DNA of 64,000 bases from a virus: positions 73,044 through 137,043 of IMG/VR virus record IMGVR_UViG_3300017593_000402; one strand, 5' to 3'. A program made the translations under genes and the position numbers. The notes below the pieces were generated by a model. That model worked only from the letters and a program-made list of their open reading frames with translations, was not told where the DNA came from and ran no database searches. Below, in pieces: positions 40,522 through 49,022 of this stretch. How positions within the stretch are numbered: position 1 is the first letter of the stretch; every line of letters starts with the position of its first letter.

Positions 40522-40943
40522 TACTTACCCTCGACTATCAAGTAAGCGTTTGACAGTAACATATCTGCATAGGCAACGCCCAGTGTTTGTTTAAGTACCA
40601 GCTCGTCATAAGCGTTTACGACTATTTCCTTGTCTTCGTAAACCATCACCATCACTTCTTTTGGGTTGAATACATTCGTAAGTGCCGTGTCTATGAAAAC
40701 TATCTTTCCTTTGCAGTCTGGGTACACGGATAAAACTGCTGCGTCTGTCCTCCCTTGTCTACGTATCTTTAAGGCAATAATTGTAGAAATCAAAGCTCTC
40801 TTTTTCTCATTGTATTGCCCTATTATTACTACCTGCTTTGCGTTCCTGGCTTTTTTAAGCATATCCAGGTCAAAATTATAGGCCAATGGGTTCCCCAAAG
40901 GAATTCTTCGGAGTTTTATTAGCTTAAGAATCTCGACTTGCAT
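40521..40943 (-). CDS. Hypothetical protein
   Basis: TAATG coupling on both sides. Confidence 0.7.
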   Translation of the reverse strand: MQVEILKLIKLRRIPLGNPLAYNFDLDMLKKARNAKQVVIIGQYNEKKRALISTIIALKIRRQGRTDAAVLSVYPDCKGKIVFIDTALTNVFNPKEVMVMVYEDKEIVVNAYDELVLKQTLGVAYADMLLSNAYLIVEGK

Positions 40944-41293
40944 TAGTAGACTCCTCTTTCAGTTGAAAGGGTTGCCTTAGATAGTGCGAGGTGTTTTATG
41001 TCTGAATAATTGAAACAAAATGAAATGATGCCACAGTCGTACCGTGGCACAAATTTTCTCAATGTCTCAAAGTTGGTAGCAGCAAATGTAATAACTGAAG
41101 GCAAATCTTTGTCAGAGTAACTGAGGAATTTCTTTAATATTGCTTTGGTCTTGTAAGTATTAGGCGTAAACTTAGGAGCAACATTCTGCATTTTGTGAGC
41201 AAGATACCAATACTTCTGGAAATCTGCTTCTGACCATCCTTGTCTTTCGTATTTCTCTTCAAGCTCCTCTAATGCTTCAACCAAATCCAACAT
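40943..41293 (-). CDS. Hypothetical protein, first gene of the replication operon
   Basis: AAGGAG RBS downstream of a sigma70-like promoter. Confidence 0.7.
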   Translation of the reverse strand: MLDLVEALEELEEKYERQGWSEADFQKYWYLAHKMQNVAPKFTPNTYKTKAILKKFLSYSDKDLPSVITFAATNFETLRKFVPRYDCGIISFCFNYSDIKHLALSKATLSTERGVY

Positions 41294-41325
41294 TTTTTCT
41301 CTCCTTTCATCATTTGATATGCGAA

Positions 41326-41354
41326 AATATAATTCGTCAAATAAAATTTGTCAA
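41326..41354 (-). promoter_or_regulatory. sigma70-like promoter for the replication operon
   Basis: TTGACA-17-TATATT on the minus strand. Confidence 0.7.
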
Positions 41355-41368
41355 GCAGAAAATTTCGA

Positions 41369-41397
41369 TTGACATTTTTGTTAGTGATGATTATTAT
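41369..41397 (+). promoter_or_regulatory. Divergent sigma70-like promoter with no downstream ORF
   Basis: TTGACA-17-TATTAT. Confidence 0.65.
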
Positions 41398-41403
41398 TTA
41401 GAT

Positions 41404-41488
41404 GATTTCTCCAGTTCCTCCTTTCATTAGCGGCTCTATTGGGTCGCAGAACAGTTTCTTTCAAAGGCCTCAAATGAGGCCTTTTTAT
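41404..41488 (+). ncRNA. Candidate ~85-nt small RNA with anti-Shine-Dalgarno tract
   Basis: Promoter, TTCCTCCTTTC tract, GCGGCTC/GGGTCGC hairpin and intrinsic terminator; no ORF. Confidence 0.45.
41463..41486 (+). terminator. Rho-independent terminator
   Basis: AAAGGCCTC-AAAT-GAGGCCTTTTT. Confidence 0.8.
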
Positions 41489-41543
41489 TTTGGGATTTTG
41501 GACCCCCCTCGGACTTAAGCGGGCCTGCTAGCACTTAACGGAC

Positions 41544-41745
41544 TCCCATTTATATTTATAAATTTTTAATTTATAAATAAAATAAATGGGAAAATATATA
41601 AATCTTCGATTTATATTTAGAAAATTTTCAATTTTCTTTATTTTATATCCTATTATCTTCGATAATCGGCCAAACTATTATAATATTATAAACTACAATA
41701 AATTGTATTTTATAATCTTCTAATACTTTGGATTAGTTACAATTT
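41544..41745. other. Very AT-rich non-coding tract with nested inverted repeats (candidate replication origin)
   Basis: TCCCATTTAT..ATAAATGGGA encloses two ATTTATAAAT palindromes; ATATAAATC-TTC-GATTTATAT hairpin follows. Confidence 0.4.
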
Positions 41746-41748
41746 AGC

Positions 41749-41970
41749 CTAGCTCTCCTTTCCATCTAGTAGGAGATACCACCTAGCTTCTCCATACCCG
41801 TAGAAATTTTTGTCGGGACACTCGTCCAAATCTGCTATGTATTTTGGTTCAAAATTAAATGTGCATATCCTCCAGGGAGTCCTGTAGAATATGCACAGTC
41901 TTTCTCCTACTTCACAATACTTTATCCACTTGTCATTTCTTATTGGAAAACCAGGTATTAATTCTTTCAT
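41749..41970 (-). CDS. Small Cys-containing hypothetical protein
   Basis: ATGA coupling with the AAA ATPase gene. Confidence 0.55.
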   Translation of the reverse strand: MKELIPGFPIRNDKWIKYCEVGERLCIFYRTPWRICTFNFEPKYIADLDECPDKNFYGYGEARWYLLLDGKES

Positions 41971-43502
41971 GTTAATAATACTTTTGTGGATTTGCTTACT
42001 TTCGGAACTTGGTTAGCAATCCTTGCTCTGGTAGTTCCCCACTTTCTCAGTTCTTCAATTTCTTCTTTTCTGCTAATTGATAGAGGAACAGTAACGTCGC
42101 AAATTTCCAAAATATCTTGGGTAGTTACGTCTCTTTCTTCATAAAAAGCTTTAACTTTTGATTGCTTCAACACGTTCTCTATTTCAGCTCCTGTAAATCC
42201 TTCTGTTACTTTTACAATCTTGTCGAGTGAAAACGTTTTCACTTCCAGTCTGAGTTTTTTCATGTGTATTTTAATTATTTCTTCTCTTTCTATTTTCTTT
42301 GGTAAATCAACAAACCACAGCTCATCGATTCTACCTTTTCGTTCTAGCTCTGGAGGAAGAGCATGGACATTATTTACTGTAAAAGCAAAGAAAATCGGAG
42401 CTGTAGTTTCCTGCATAAAATAAAGGAACGAACCAATTACTCGTGCTGTAGTTCCAGCGTCTGTAAAATCTGAAGAACCCATTCCACTAAAAGCTTTTTC
42501 TGCTTCGTCTATCATCACCACTACAGGAGCTTGTGCTTCTATTTCCTTCAATACTCTCCTTGTATTCTCTTCAGTTTCACCAAGTCTTGGACCAAACAGA
42601 CTTCCCACATCTACTCTAAGCAAGGGAACATTAAAAAGATTTGCCAGTATCTTACAGCTCAATGTTTTGCCTGTACCAGGAACACCAGCTAACAACATTC
42701 CTTTAGGGACTGGGACTTTTTCTGCTATTGCCTTAGCTCGATTGTTAAATACTTTTGCTGCCATTACTGCCCAATGCCTAAAAGCGTGGAGGCCTCCTAA
42801 ATCATCTATTGTGTCTTCAGGACTTAAGTATTCTATCATTCCATTTTTCCTTACTTTTTCAGCCTTCAATTTTTGAAGTAAGTTTAAGTCTAATTTGCCT
42901 TTGCCTTGCACTAATGCTGTTTTAAAAGCCAGGTTAGCTTCGTGCATAGTAAGGCCTGTTAAATATTCCGCTGCCTGCTTGCACTTGGCTTTACTGATTT
43001 TTACTTTGTTGTTCTTTACGATGTCTTCTACAATTTTTAATAGCTCTTCTTGAGTAGGAAAAGGAATGTCTATCATTCCACAATATTGAGAAATTTCTTC
43101 TGGCAGATTGAAATTGCCTTGCATTATGCAAATAGTGAAAGAGTCTGAGCTGGCTATCTTCCTGAGATATGTAGTAATTAGCGGTAAATTAAATCTTTCA
43201 GTTAAGTACCAATGAAAATTGGTTAGCAAATATATGTGTGGTTCGTTATCGGCCGCAATATGCCTTAAAATATCCATATGGTTAGAGCATTCTCCGTTTA
43301 CTCCGTCTATGGAGTTCCAAATCTTTAAGGAATACCCCTTTTCTGCTAAATCGGGAGGAACTACTTTTGATTTTTTGAGTTCCTCGTTCAATTCTTTTAC
43401 TGTATTTTTTACTATTTCTGTAATTCGTTCTGTTTCGATTGAATTAATTAAAATGATTTTATACCGACTTTTTATCATTGTTTTTAACATCATCCGCACC
43501 AT
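41967..43502 (-). CDS. Ycf46-like AAA+ ATPase
   Basis: PKGMLLAGVPGTGKT, IDEAEK, LPPELERKGRIDE, FTGAEIE, VPLS. Confidence 0.85.
   Translation of the reverse strand: MVRMMLKTMIKSRYKIILINSIETERITEIVKNTVKELNEELKKSKVVPPDLAEKGYSLKIWNSIDGVNGECSNHMDILRHIAADNEPHIYLLTNFHWYLTERFNLPLITTYLRKIASSDSFTICIMQGNFNLPEEISQYCGMIDIPFPTQEELLKIVEDIVKNNKVKISKAKCKQAAEYLTGLTMHEANLAFKTALVQGKGKLDLNLLQKLKAEKVRKNGMIEYLSPEDTIDDLGGLHAFRHWAVMAAKVFNNRAKAIAEKVPVPKGMLLAGVPGTGKTLSCKILANLFNVPLLRVDVGSLFGPRLGETEENTRRVLKEIEAQAPVVVMIDEAEKAFSGMGSSDFTDAGTTARVIGSFLYFMQETTAPIFFAFTVNNVHALPPELERKGRIDELWFVDLPKKIEREEIIKIHMKKLRLEVKTFSLDKIVKVTEGFTGAEIENVLKQSKVKAFYEERDVTTQDILEICDVTVPLSISRKEEIEELRKWGTTRARIANQVPKVSKSTKVLLT
42228..42241. repeat. 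14-bp palindrome TGAAAACGTTTTCA (intragenic)
   Basis: Exact copy. Confidence 0.95.
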
Positions 43503-43584
43503 CCTTTCTTACAATTTTTGCAATTTTTTATGGGGCACTGCTCACATTCGTCAAGCCAAATTTGGAGCTGTGCCCCTCTTACAA

Positions 43585-43755
43585 CTATGATGATATTTTT
43601 ATTGTTGTCTCTTGGATTAACGGCTTCTCTTCTAGAATCTCTCCTAGTTTGTTCGCCACTTCTTCGATTGGTTCCTTGCATTCGTCTCCCCAAAATCCTT
43701 CTCCTTTGATAGTCACGGTTCCATTCTTGTTAATCTTTATTCTTATTTGCGGCAT
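43585..43755 (-). CDS. DUF2997-like small protein (56 aa, not in ORF track)
   Basis: Manual translation MPQIRIKINKNGTVTIKGEGFWGDECKEPIEEVANKLG...; GGAGG RBS. Confidence 0.7.
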   Translation of the reverse strand: MPQIRIKINKNGTVTIKGEGFWGDECKEPIEEVANKLGEILEEKPLIQETTIKISS

Positions 43756-43766
43756 ACTTTTACCTC

Positions 43767-44060
43767 CTATAGAAGAAAAACTGCGCTGTTGATAAATAGG
43801 CTTCCATTTGAAACTGCAATTACATACACAATAATTCTATCTTGTGGGTAAGAAGTCGATTTGAAATATTTCACAGGAATACCAAACAATTCCTTTACTG
43901 GGACACCATTAAATAACTTTCTTGCTGATAAAGTAAGTAGTATTTCGGCTGGGTTGGCATTATATTTTTCCTTATTATGTCTAATCAAATTCTCCACTTT
44001 CAATAAAAAATCCTCTTGTTTTGGCTCTTCCAATTTTACAGATTGATTCATTTTGTACAT
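43767..44060 (-). CDS. Hypothetical protein
   Basis: ATG after GAGGAG (ORF track start is 44108). Confidence 0.6.
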   Translation of the reverse strand: MYKMNQSVKLEEPKQEDFLLKVENLIRHNKEKYNANPAEILLTLSARKLFNGVPVKELFGIPVKYFKSTSYPQDRIIVYVIAVSNGSLFINSAVFLL

Positions 44061-44085
44061 TTTATTCTCCTCTTTCCATATCGTT

Positions 44086-44352
44086 TTAGATGCGGATAAT
44101 GATTTCATTTCCTACCTCCTCTTTTATTCCACCAGTTTTTTCTACTAAATAATCTACAATTAAATCAGTAACTTTGCTAACATCCATAACGTCATACTTT
44201 AACTTTTTATCTTGAATTTTTATCGGTCTAAATAGCTCTGTGTTAGTGAAAACGTTTTCACTTGTTTCTTTATAACCTTTTTTTATTGCGATTTCCCTGA
44301 ACAAATCAGGTTCTACTTTTAATTCTACTTCAACTATTCTGCTCATTTTCAT
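44086..44352 (-). CDS. DUF1257/Ycf35-like protein (tentative)
   Basis: MSRIVEVELK..LFREIAIKKGY N terminus; neighbourhood with the Ycf46-like and DUF2997-like genes. Confidence 0.45.
   Translation of the reverse strand: MKMSRIVEVELKVEPDLFREIAIKKGYKETSENVFTNTELFRPIKIQDKKLKYDVMDVSKVTDLIVDYLVEKTGGIKEEVGNEIIIRI
44247..44260. repeat. 14-bp palindrome TGAAAACGTTTTCA (intragenic)
   Basis: Exact copy. Confidence 0.95.
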
Positions 44353-44357
44353 TCTCC

Positions 44358-44801
44358 TTACCACCAAATAGTTTGTTTAGTTTTTGTTATTTTTTCTAAC
44401 ATTTCATTCTTTCCTTGAAGAAATTTTCCAGATGTTTTTATCCACAGACTTGGAGCATCTTTTACTCTCACTAAAATTTCTGGGACATTATCTAATTCTA
44501 TGAAGCCAAAATGGGAGTGAGTGGGCCTCCCCCACTCCATGATTTTTGTGTTTAATACTATCAATACTGAGTCTGGAATGTCTAATTTACAAACTACCCG
44601 TACAATATACGGGTAGGAGGAGCAATCTTTTTTGTATACCATCCATTCGTGAGGAAATAAATAACTAACATGACGATAGACCCACTTCACTCCTTTCTGC
44701 TTTATTTCTTTAAGGCTGGTGTGGTAAAGAAAGCCCACACTCAGCCGAATGGATGACCTGGCAGAGGTAGATAATGTCCCTCTGCTGAATTGTAATTCCA
44801 T
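44358..44801 (-). CDS. Hypothetical protein
   Basis: TAATG coupling. Confidence 0.65.
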   Translation of the reverse strand: MELQFSRGTLSTSARSSIRLSVGFLYHTSLKEIKQKGVKWVYRHVSYLFPHEWMVYKKDCSSYPYIVRVVCKLDIPDSVLIVLNTKIMEWGRPTHSHFGFIELDNVPEILVRVKDAPSLWIKTSGKFLQGKNEMLEKITKTKQTIWW

Positions 44802-45433
44802 TATTCCTCCTCATCATCGTCAAACTCTACTTCTCCCCATTCTTCTTCCTCTATAGGTTCATCTGACATCAAGAATTCTTGACAGATATATTCGAGGGCG
44901 GCTCCGTTGCTGTCTGTTCCAACCATTTGTTTAGCTTTCTCGATTGCTTGGTTGACAACATCGTATTGGTCTTCAATTAAATTGAATGTTATTTTAGTGA
45001 TATTAATTTCCTTTTTAGGTGCAATGTTTTTTCTAAGTTGTTTTACAGTATCTTTTACTTCTTGGAATGTCATATTTGGAGCTTTCTTAAGTAGTTTTTC
45101 TATTTCTTCTTTGTTATCTAACAGGCTTATTTCTTTGAATTTGGTCCAGGAAACATTTAAAATCACCTCCTTTGGAATATTGTATTTAGAAATAGTTTCT
45201 CCCATTTGGGCATACCAAAGAGCAATCCTGTACTCCAGACTCAATTCTCCTTCTACGTAATCTTTATAACTCTCATAGCCCCAGGATGCGTATTGCTCTT
45301 TTTCTTTGACTTCATAGAGCTTGAGATATAAGTCATACCTGCTTTCGTCGATATTCCTGGCGAGAGTTTTGATTTCCTCTCTAATGCTGACCTTGGCTTT
45401 TTTTTCCATTTTTACGCTTTTTTTCTTTGCCAT
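44801..45433 (-). CDS. Hypothetical helical protein, possibly DNA-binding
   Basis: YASWGYESYKDYVEGEL motif; acidic tail; GGAGG RBS. Confidence 0.65.
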   Translation of the reverse strand: MAKKKSVKMEKKAKVSIREEIKTLARNIDESRYDLYLKLYEVKEKEQYASWGYESYKDYVEGELSLEYRIALWYAQMGETISKYNIPKEVILNVSWTKFKEISLLDNKEEIEKLLKKAPNMTFQEVKDTVKQLRKNIAPKKEINITKITFNLIEDQYDVVNQAIEKAKQMVGTDSNGAALEYICQEFLMSDEPIEEEEWGEVEFDDDEEE

Positions 45434-45437
45434 TTTA

Positions 45438-45632
45438 CTACCTCCTCTTATGTAAGATTTTTGTGTATTTACTGCTGTTAGGAAACGCATACTTTGCTCC
45501 TTCTAATTTAAAGAAGGCAAAACCGCTTCTAAAACAACCAGTCTCAATGACTCTTCCAGACCAAACACCACAAAGCTTTTTGTTTTTAGGATAGTTGACT
45601 TCTACTGTCACAACTTCTCCTTTTCTTATCAT
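45438..45632 (-). CDS. Hypothetical protein
   Basis: Strong RBS. Confidence 0.6.
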   Translation of the reverse strand: MIRKGEVVTVEVNYPKNKKLCGVWSGRVIETGCFRSGFAFFKLEGAKYAFPNSSKYTKILHKRR

Positions 45633-45648
45633 TTCCTTTCCTCCTTTC

Positions 45649-46017
45649 TTATTTTACTCTGTATTGATAGTAAGTCGTCACTTTCTTGATCAATTTATTC
45701 AATTCTGTAGGCAAAAAGAATTTCTTTATTGCTGAGGTAATTCTGATGACTTTGACCAATTCTTTTTTAGGCATCCTCATCGCAACCTTTACAGGGTCGT
45801 ATTCTACTCTCTCATTTTCTGTAACTACTAGCTCATATTTTTGTCCCTTGTATTCTCCGTAATAAGTACCAGTAGTGAGGGGCATTTCTTCTAATTCCGT
45901 TCTTAGCTGTTTTTGTCTACTTTGTAATTCTTTTATTTTCGTGTCAAGCGCACAATACTCTCCTATCTTTTGTTTAATGTTATTGTTTTTAGCCATTACA
46001 TAACCTCCTTTCATCAT
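45649..46017 (-). CDS. Hypothetical protein, first gene of the leftward early operon (true start probably MAKNN)
   Basis: AAGGAGG lies inside the first codons of the ORF-track call. Confidence 0.7.
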   Translation of the reverse strand: MMKGGYVMAKNNNIKQKIGEYCALDTKIKELQSRQKQLRTELEEMPLTTGTYYGEYKGQKYELVVTENERVEYDPVKVAMRMPKKELVKVIRITSAIKKFFLPTELNKLIKKVTTYYQYRVK

Positions 46018-46044
46018 TGAATTTTTTGGATTTGGTTGCTCAAA

Positions 46045-46073
46045 AATTTAAATTCTCAGTTTTCATTTGTCAA
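46045..46073 (-). promoter_or_regulatory. sigma70-like promoter of the leftward operon
   Basis: TTGACA-17-TAAATT. Confidence 0.6.
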
Positions 46074-46124
46074 GTGGAAATTTTTTGGATAGAATCTAAA
46101 TAATTGAAATGATGGAGGAAAAAA

Positions 46125-46562
46125 ATGAAAACGTTTTCACTTTTGCCATCGACTGAGCCCAAACAATTTTCTGATGATGAATTGGATGGATTTGATCTCC
46201 TTCCTCAGTCTTGGAAAACATTTGCTATCGAATATTTAAAACATCGACGGCCTATTCGAGCAGCGAAAATTGCTGGATTTAAAGACCCCAAAAAAATGGC
46301 GAAACGCCTGCTCCAGAATGAAAAAGTAAAGCGTTATATGGAATATGAACAAGAAAGAATGAAAGAGCTAGCTCGAATAGACAGAGAATATGTTGTTCTC
46401 AAATTAAAAGAAATAGCAGAAAAAGGAGCAAAAACGAGCGACCGACTCCAAGCTTTGAATTTGCTTGCCAGGATCGAAGGCTTACTCCAAGACAAAGCCG
46501 CCCAACAGCCTCCTGTTCTTCTTTTTAACTTCCAGGGCTTAAAGGTAGAGAGCGAAGACTAG
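46125..46562 (+). CDS. Terminase small subunit-like protein
   Basis: FAIEYL..AAKIAGF..AKRLLQNEKVKRY..LKEIA..DRLQALNLLAR pattern of TerS. Confidence 0.75.
   Translation: MKTFSLLPSTEPKQFSDDELDGFDLLPQSWKTFAIEYLKHRRPIRAAKIAGFKDPKKMAKRLLQNEKVKRYMEYEQERMKELARIDREYVVLKLKEIAEKGAKTSDRLQALNLLARIEGLLQDKAAQQPPVLLFNFQGLKVESED
46126..46139. repeat. 14-bp palindrome overlapping the TerS start codon
   Basis: ATGAAAACGTTTTCAC. Confidence 0.95.
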
Positions 46563-46598
46563 AGTAGGTTTGCAAAAATTTTTCGAGGCTTGTAAAAT
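46559..46598 (+). promoter_or_regulatory. Early promoter cassette 1
   Basis: CTAGAGTAGGT-TTGCAA-17-TAAAAT. Confidence 0.7.
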
Positions 46599-46632
46599 CA
46601 GGCCAAAAATTTTGGAGAAAGGAGGAATTGAA

Positions 46633-48303
46633 ATGTCATACGACACAGGTTTTTACTTCATTTCAGCGAGTCCTGGAGACCAAAAGAAATTCAGGAACAC
46701 CTTGGAGTATATGGAAGTGAAGTCTCAAAAACTTAGTGGCATCCTGTCCCTTGATTTGGTTGCCGCTGATTTAGGGCATAGTTATCTAAGCCCTGATTTT
46801 ACTTGGTATTGGTCTCCCAAAAACAGAAAACTGTATGAGGTATATAAAACAGACAATTTGCTCATCAGTGAGGTCCCAGATATAAAAGCTAAATGGATGG
46901 GAACTTATCATGATGTCCTCATCCGAATATGTCCTGAAAAACCGAGGCACGGAATACTAGATAACATCTTTATCCCTAAAGAAAAGCTGAGAGAGAAAGG
47001 GATAAAGAAATTTTTACCGCCTGATTATGAGGCGGTGGTCCAACCCAAACTAGAAGGGGACAACGTAGTATTTAACAAGTTTACTCTATCAATTGGAAGA
47101 GGGACAGATGGAGTCACAAACAAAGGGGAAAGTTATACTTTCCCTGGAGGAATTTTCTACCCCATTACTACTTGCATTAAGCTGTGTGCGGAATGCCTCG
47201 ATCAGGTAGAGATTGAGGCAATAGTTAAGAAAGGCGATATTACTTGTGTTCAAATACGCAGAACCCCTTCTCCTATCTCTCCGCAGGGAGAGGCTAAGGG
47301 GAAGTGGCAGGGCTTTAATTTCAACGGTGAACGGATTGAAAAGTATAAAATAATCGAAGACTTAGATGACCTTGCTGAAATAGAGTGTCTGGAAACAAAA
47401 ACAGTTCTAATACATGTAGAAGGAAGCCTTAATTCCCACGCCGCAGCGTGGGCAAGAGAAAAAGGATTTCCTTATCTTATTGTAGAGAGTGAAGAAGAAG
47501 CCCTAGACTTGATTAAGAAAAAAGTAAAACTATACAGTAACGGGGTAATGGTAGATACCAAACCTTATAAAGAAAGGAAGCACAGAAGTTACGCATTTCC
47601 TACCTATTTTAAACTAGGTAGGGAATTTGGAATGGTGTATGACCTGCCCATTGACTTAGAATTGATCGGCAGATGGACAGTTACATCGGTATTATTTTTA
47701 ATGTCTTACTTAAGTGGCTGGCCACACAGTAAGAAAGGTGCTTTCATAGCAGGGCTGGCCTCTGATATTCTCCCTCGCATAGCTATAATGCTATGTGTCG
47801 GAGAAGCGAGGCATCAAAATCATATATATTCAAATAACGTAGATACACCGATACTAGACGAGCTGATAGTAAACCCTGCCAATGGCTTATTATTTCCTGA
47901 AAGCCTAGAAGGGAGAAAGTCTTTGTATTATCATTACTTACCAAGAAGTAGCGATATTGATCAAATAAAACTAGCCTCCGAATTAGAGCAACTTTTTGTG
48001 CTAAACAGATGGGAAAAGGGTTACGGAGGCAGGGCCTGGGGTAAAATTGCTAGACTTGCCAAACGATGTCTAGCAAGCAGAACGAACGCACAGTTTAAGA
48101 GCTATTTGAACAAGTTGATCAATGCCGTTCATAACGGCGGCTGGTTTTTAGATAAAGTTACACTTCGGCACTATTTCGACGCAATAGCTGAGCCGAAATG
48201 CAATTTTATAAACTATATCCAGGCAGTCAATTTAGCTTTTGATTTAGTACAAAAAATAGTTTTGCTAGAAGAGAAAGGAGGCAACTATGTTAAAAAGTTA
48301 TAA
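46633..48303 (+). CDS. PEP-utiliser/dikinase-like protein with phospho-His swivel motif
   Basis: GSLNSHAAAWAREKGFP; AVVQP...EIEA..CVQIR resembles the ATP-grasp part; start set after AAAGGAGG. Confidence 0.65.
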   Translation: MSYDTGFYFISASPGDQKKFRNTLEYMEVKSQKLSGILSLDLVAADLGHSYLSPDFTWYWSPKNRKLYEVYKTDNLLISEVPDIKAKWMGTYHDVLIRICPEKPRHGILDNIFIPKEKLREKGIKKFLPPDYEAVVQPKLEGDNVVFNKFTLSIGRGTDGVTNKGESYTFPGGIFYPITTCIKLCAECLDQVEIEAIVKKGDITCVQIRRTPSPISPQGEAKGKWQGFNFNGERIEKYKIIEDLDDLAEIECLETKTVLIHVEGSLNSHAAAWAREKGFPYLIVESEEEALDLIKKKVKLYSNGVMVDTKPYKERKHRSYAFPTYFKLGREFGMVYDLPIDLELIGRWTVTSVLFLMSYLSGWPHSKKGAFIAGLASDILPRIAIMLCVGEARHQNHIYSNNVDTPILDELIVNPANGLLFPESLEGRKSLYYHYLPRSSDIDQIKLASELEQLFVLNRWEKGYGGRAWGKIARLAKRCLASRTNAQFKSYLNKLINAVHNGGWFLDKVTLRHYFDAIAEPKCNFINYIQAVNLAFDLVQKIVLLEEKGGNYVKKL

Positions 48304-48862
48304 AAAATCAAATTGTAAATGCAACGTTTATGGTCTTACTAGAGCATTCCGTATAGAGAACTTGATCTTCTATGGTGGTTCAATAGGTGATGCTTTGTAT
48401 GATAGATATGATTTAATTATTAACGCTAGTGGACGGTCTATTGCTAACATTGTGGAAGCAAATGAATTGGCAAAGAATCTTTTTCCTAGTGCTTTAAAGG
48501 CTAGTTTAACTGATACAGCTATTATTGAGATAGATTGGACGGACGGCAGCGTTCCTGCCTTAGGGGTAGACTTTTGGCAAGGGCTAGTAGATGGCCTCAA
48601 AAAAATTAAGCAAGAAAAATTTAAAATTGCCTGCTGTTGTTTCGGCGGGCATGGCCGCACAGGGACGATGTTGAGTGTTTTTGCAGGGTTATTTGACCTT
48701 GCGGATGACCCTGTAACTTTCATCCGCAAAAGATATTGTCCTTGTGCGGTAGAAACATACGTTCAAATTTCCTATGTTGAACGTATGACAGGAAAGGAGG
48801 TGAGAGCGAAGGCTGGGCGTAATACATACATATGGGGAGGTGATATAAACGAGATGTATTAG
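48287..48862 (+). CDS. CX5R (PTP/dual-specificity) phosphatase
   Basis: WTDGSVP and CCCFGGHGRTG, then AVET..Q. Confidence 0.85.
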   Translation: MLKSYKKSNCKCNVYGLTRAFRIENLIFYGGSIGDALYDRYDLIINASGRSIANIVEANELAKNLFPSALKASLTDTAIIEIDWTDGSVPALGVDFWQGLVDGLKKIKQEKFKIACCCFGGHGRTGTMLSVFAGLFDLADDPVTFIRKRYCPCAVETYVQISYVERMTGKEVRAKAGRNTYIWGGDINEMY

Positions 48863-49022
48863 ATGCAATTTATTGATGTTCAGAGTAAAAAACTTGACAT
48901 ACAAATGCCCGCTTTGCGGGGACACATTAACTCTTAACGTAAACGTAAAGGAGGAGAAAAATGGTAAAAGCACAAGTAAGACAGACAGACGAGTACTTTC
49001 TGCACGTACAAGTCAAAACTGA
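48849..49022 (+). CDS. Zn-ribbon mini-ORF with ACG in place of a start codon (or pseudogene)
   Basis: GGAGGTGA-5nt-ACG, then RCIRC...KCPLCG in frame. Confidence 0.35.
   Translation, partial: TRCIRCNLLMFRVKNLTYKCPLCGDTLTLNVNVKEEKNGKSTSKTDRRVLSARTSQN

Noticed and set aside
46570-46632. ORF-track TTG start of the dikinase-like gene
   Set aside because: It coincides with the promoter -35; the ATG at 46633 has the AAAGGAGG RBS.
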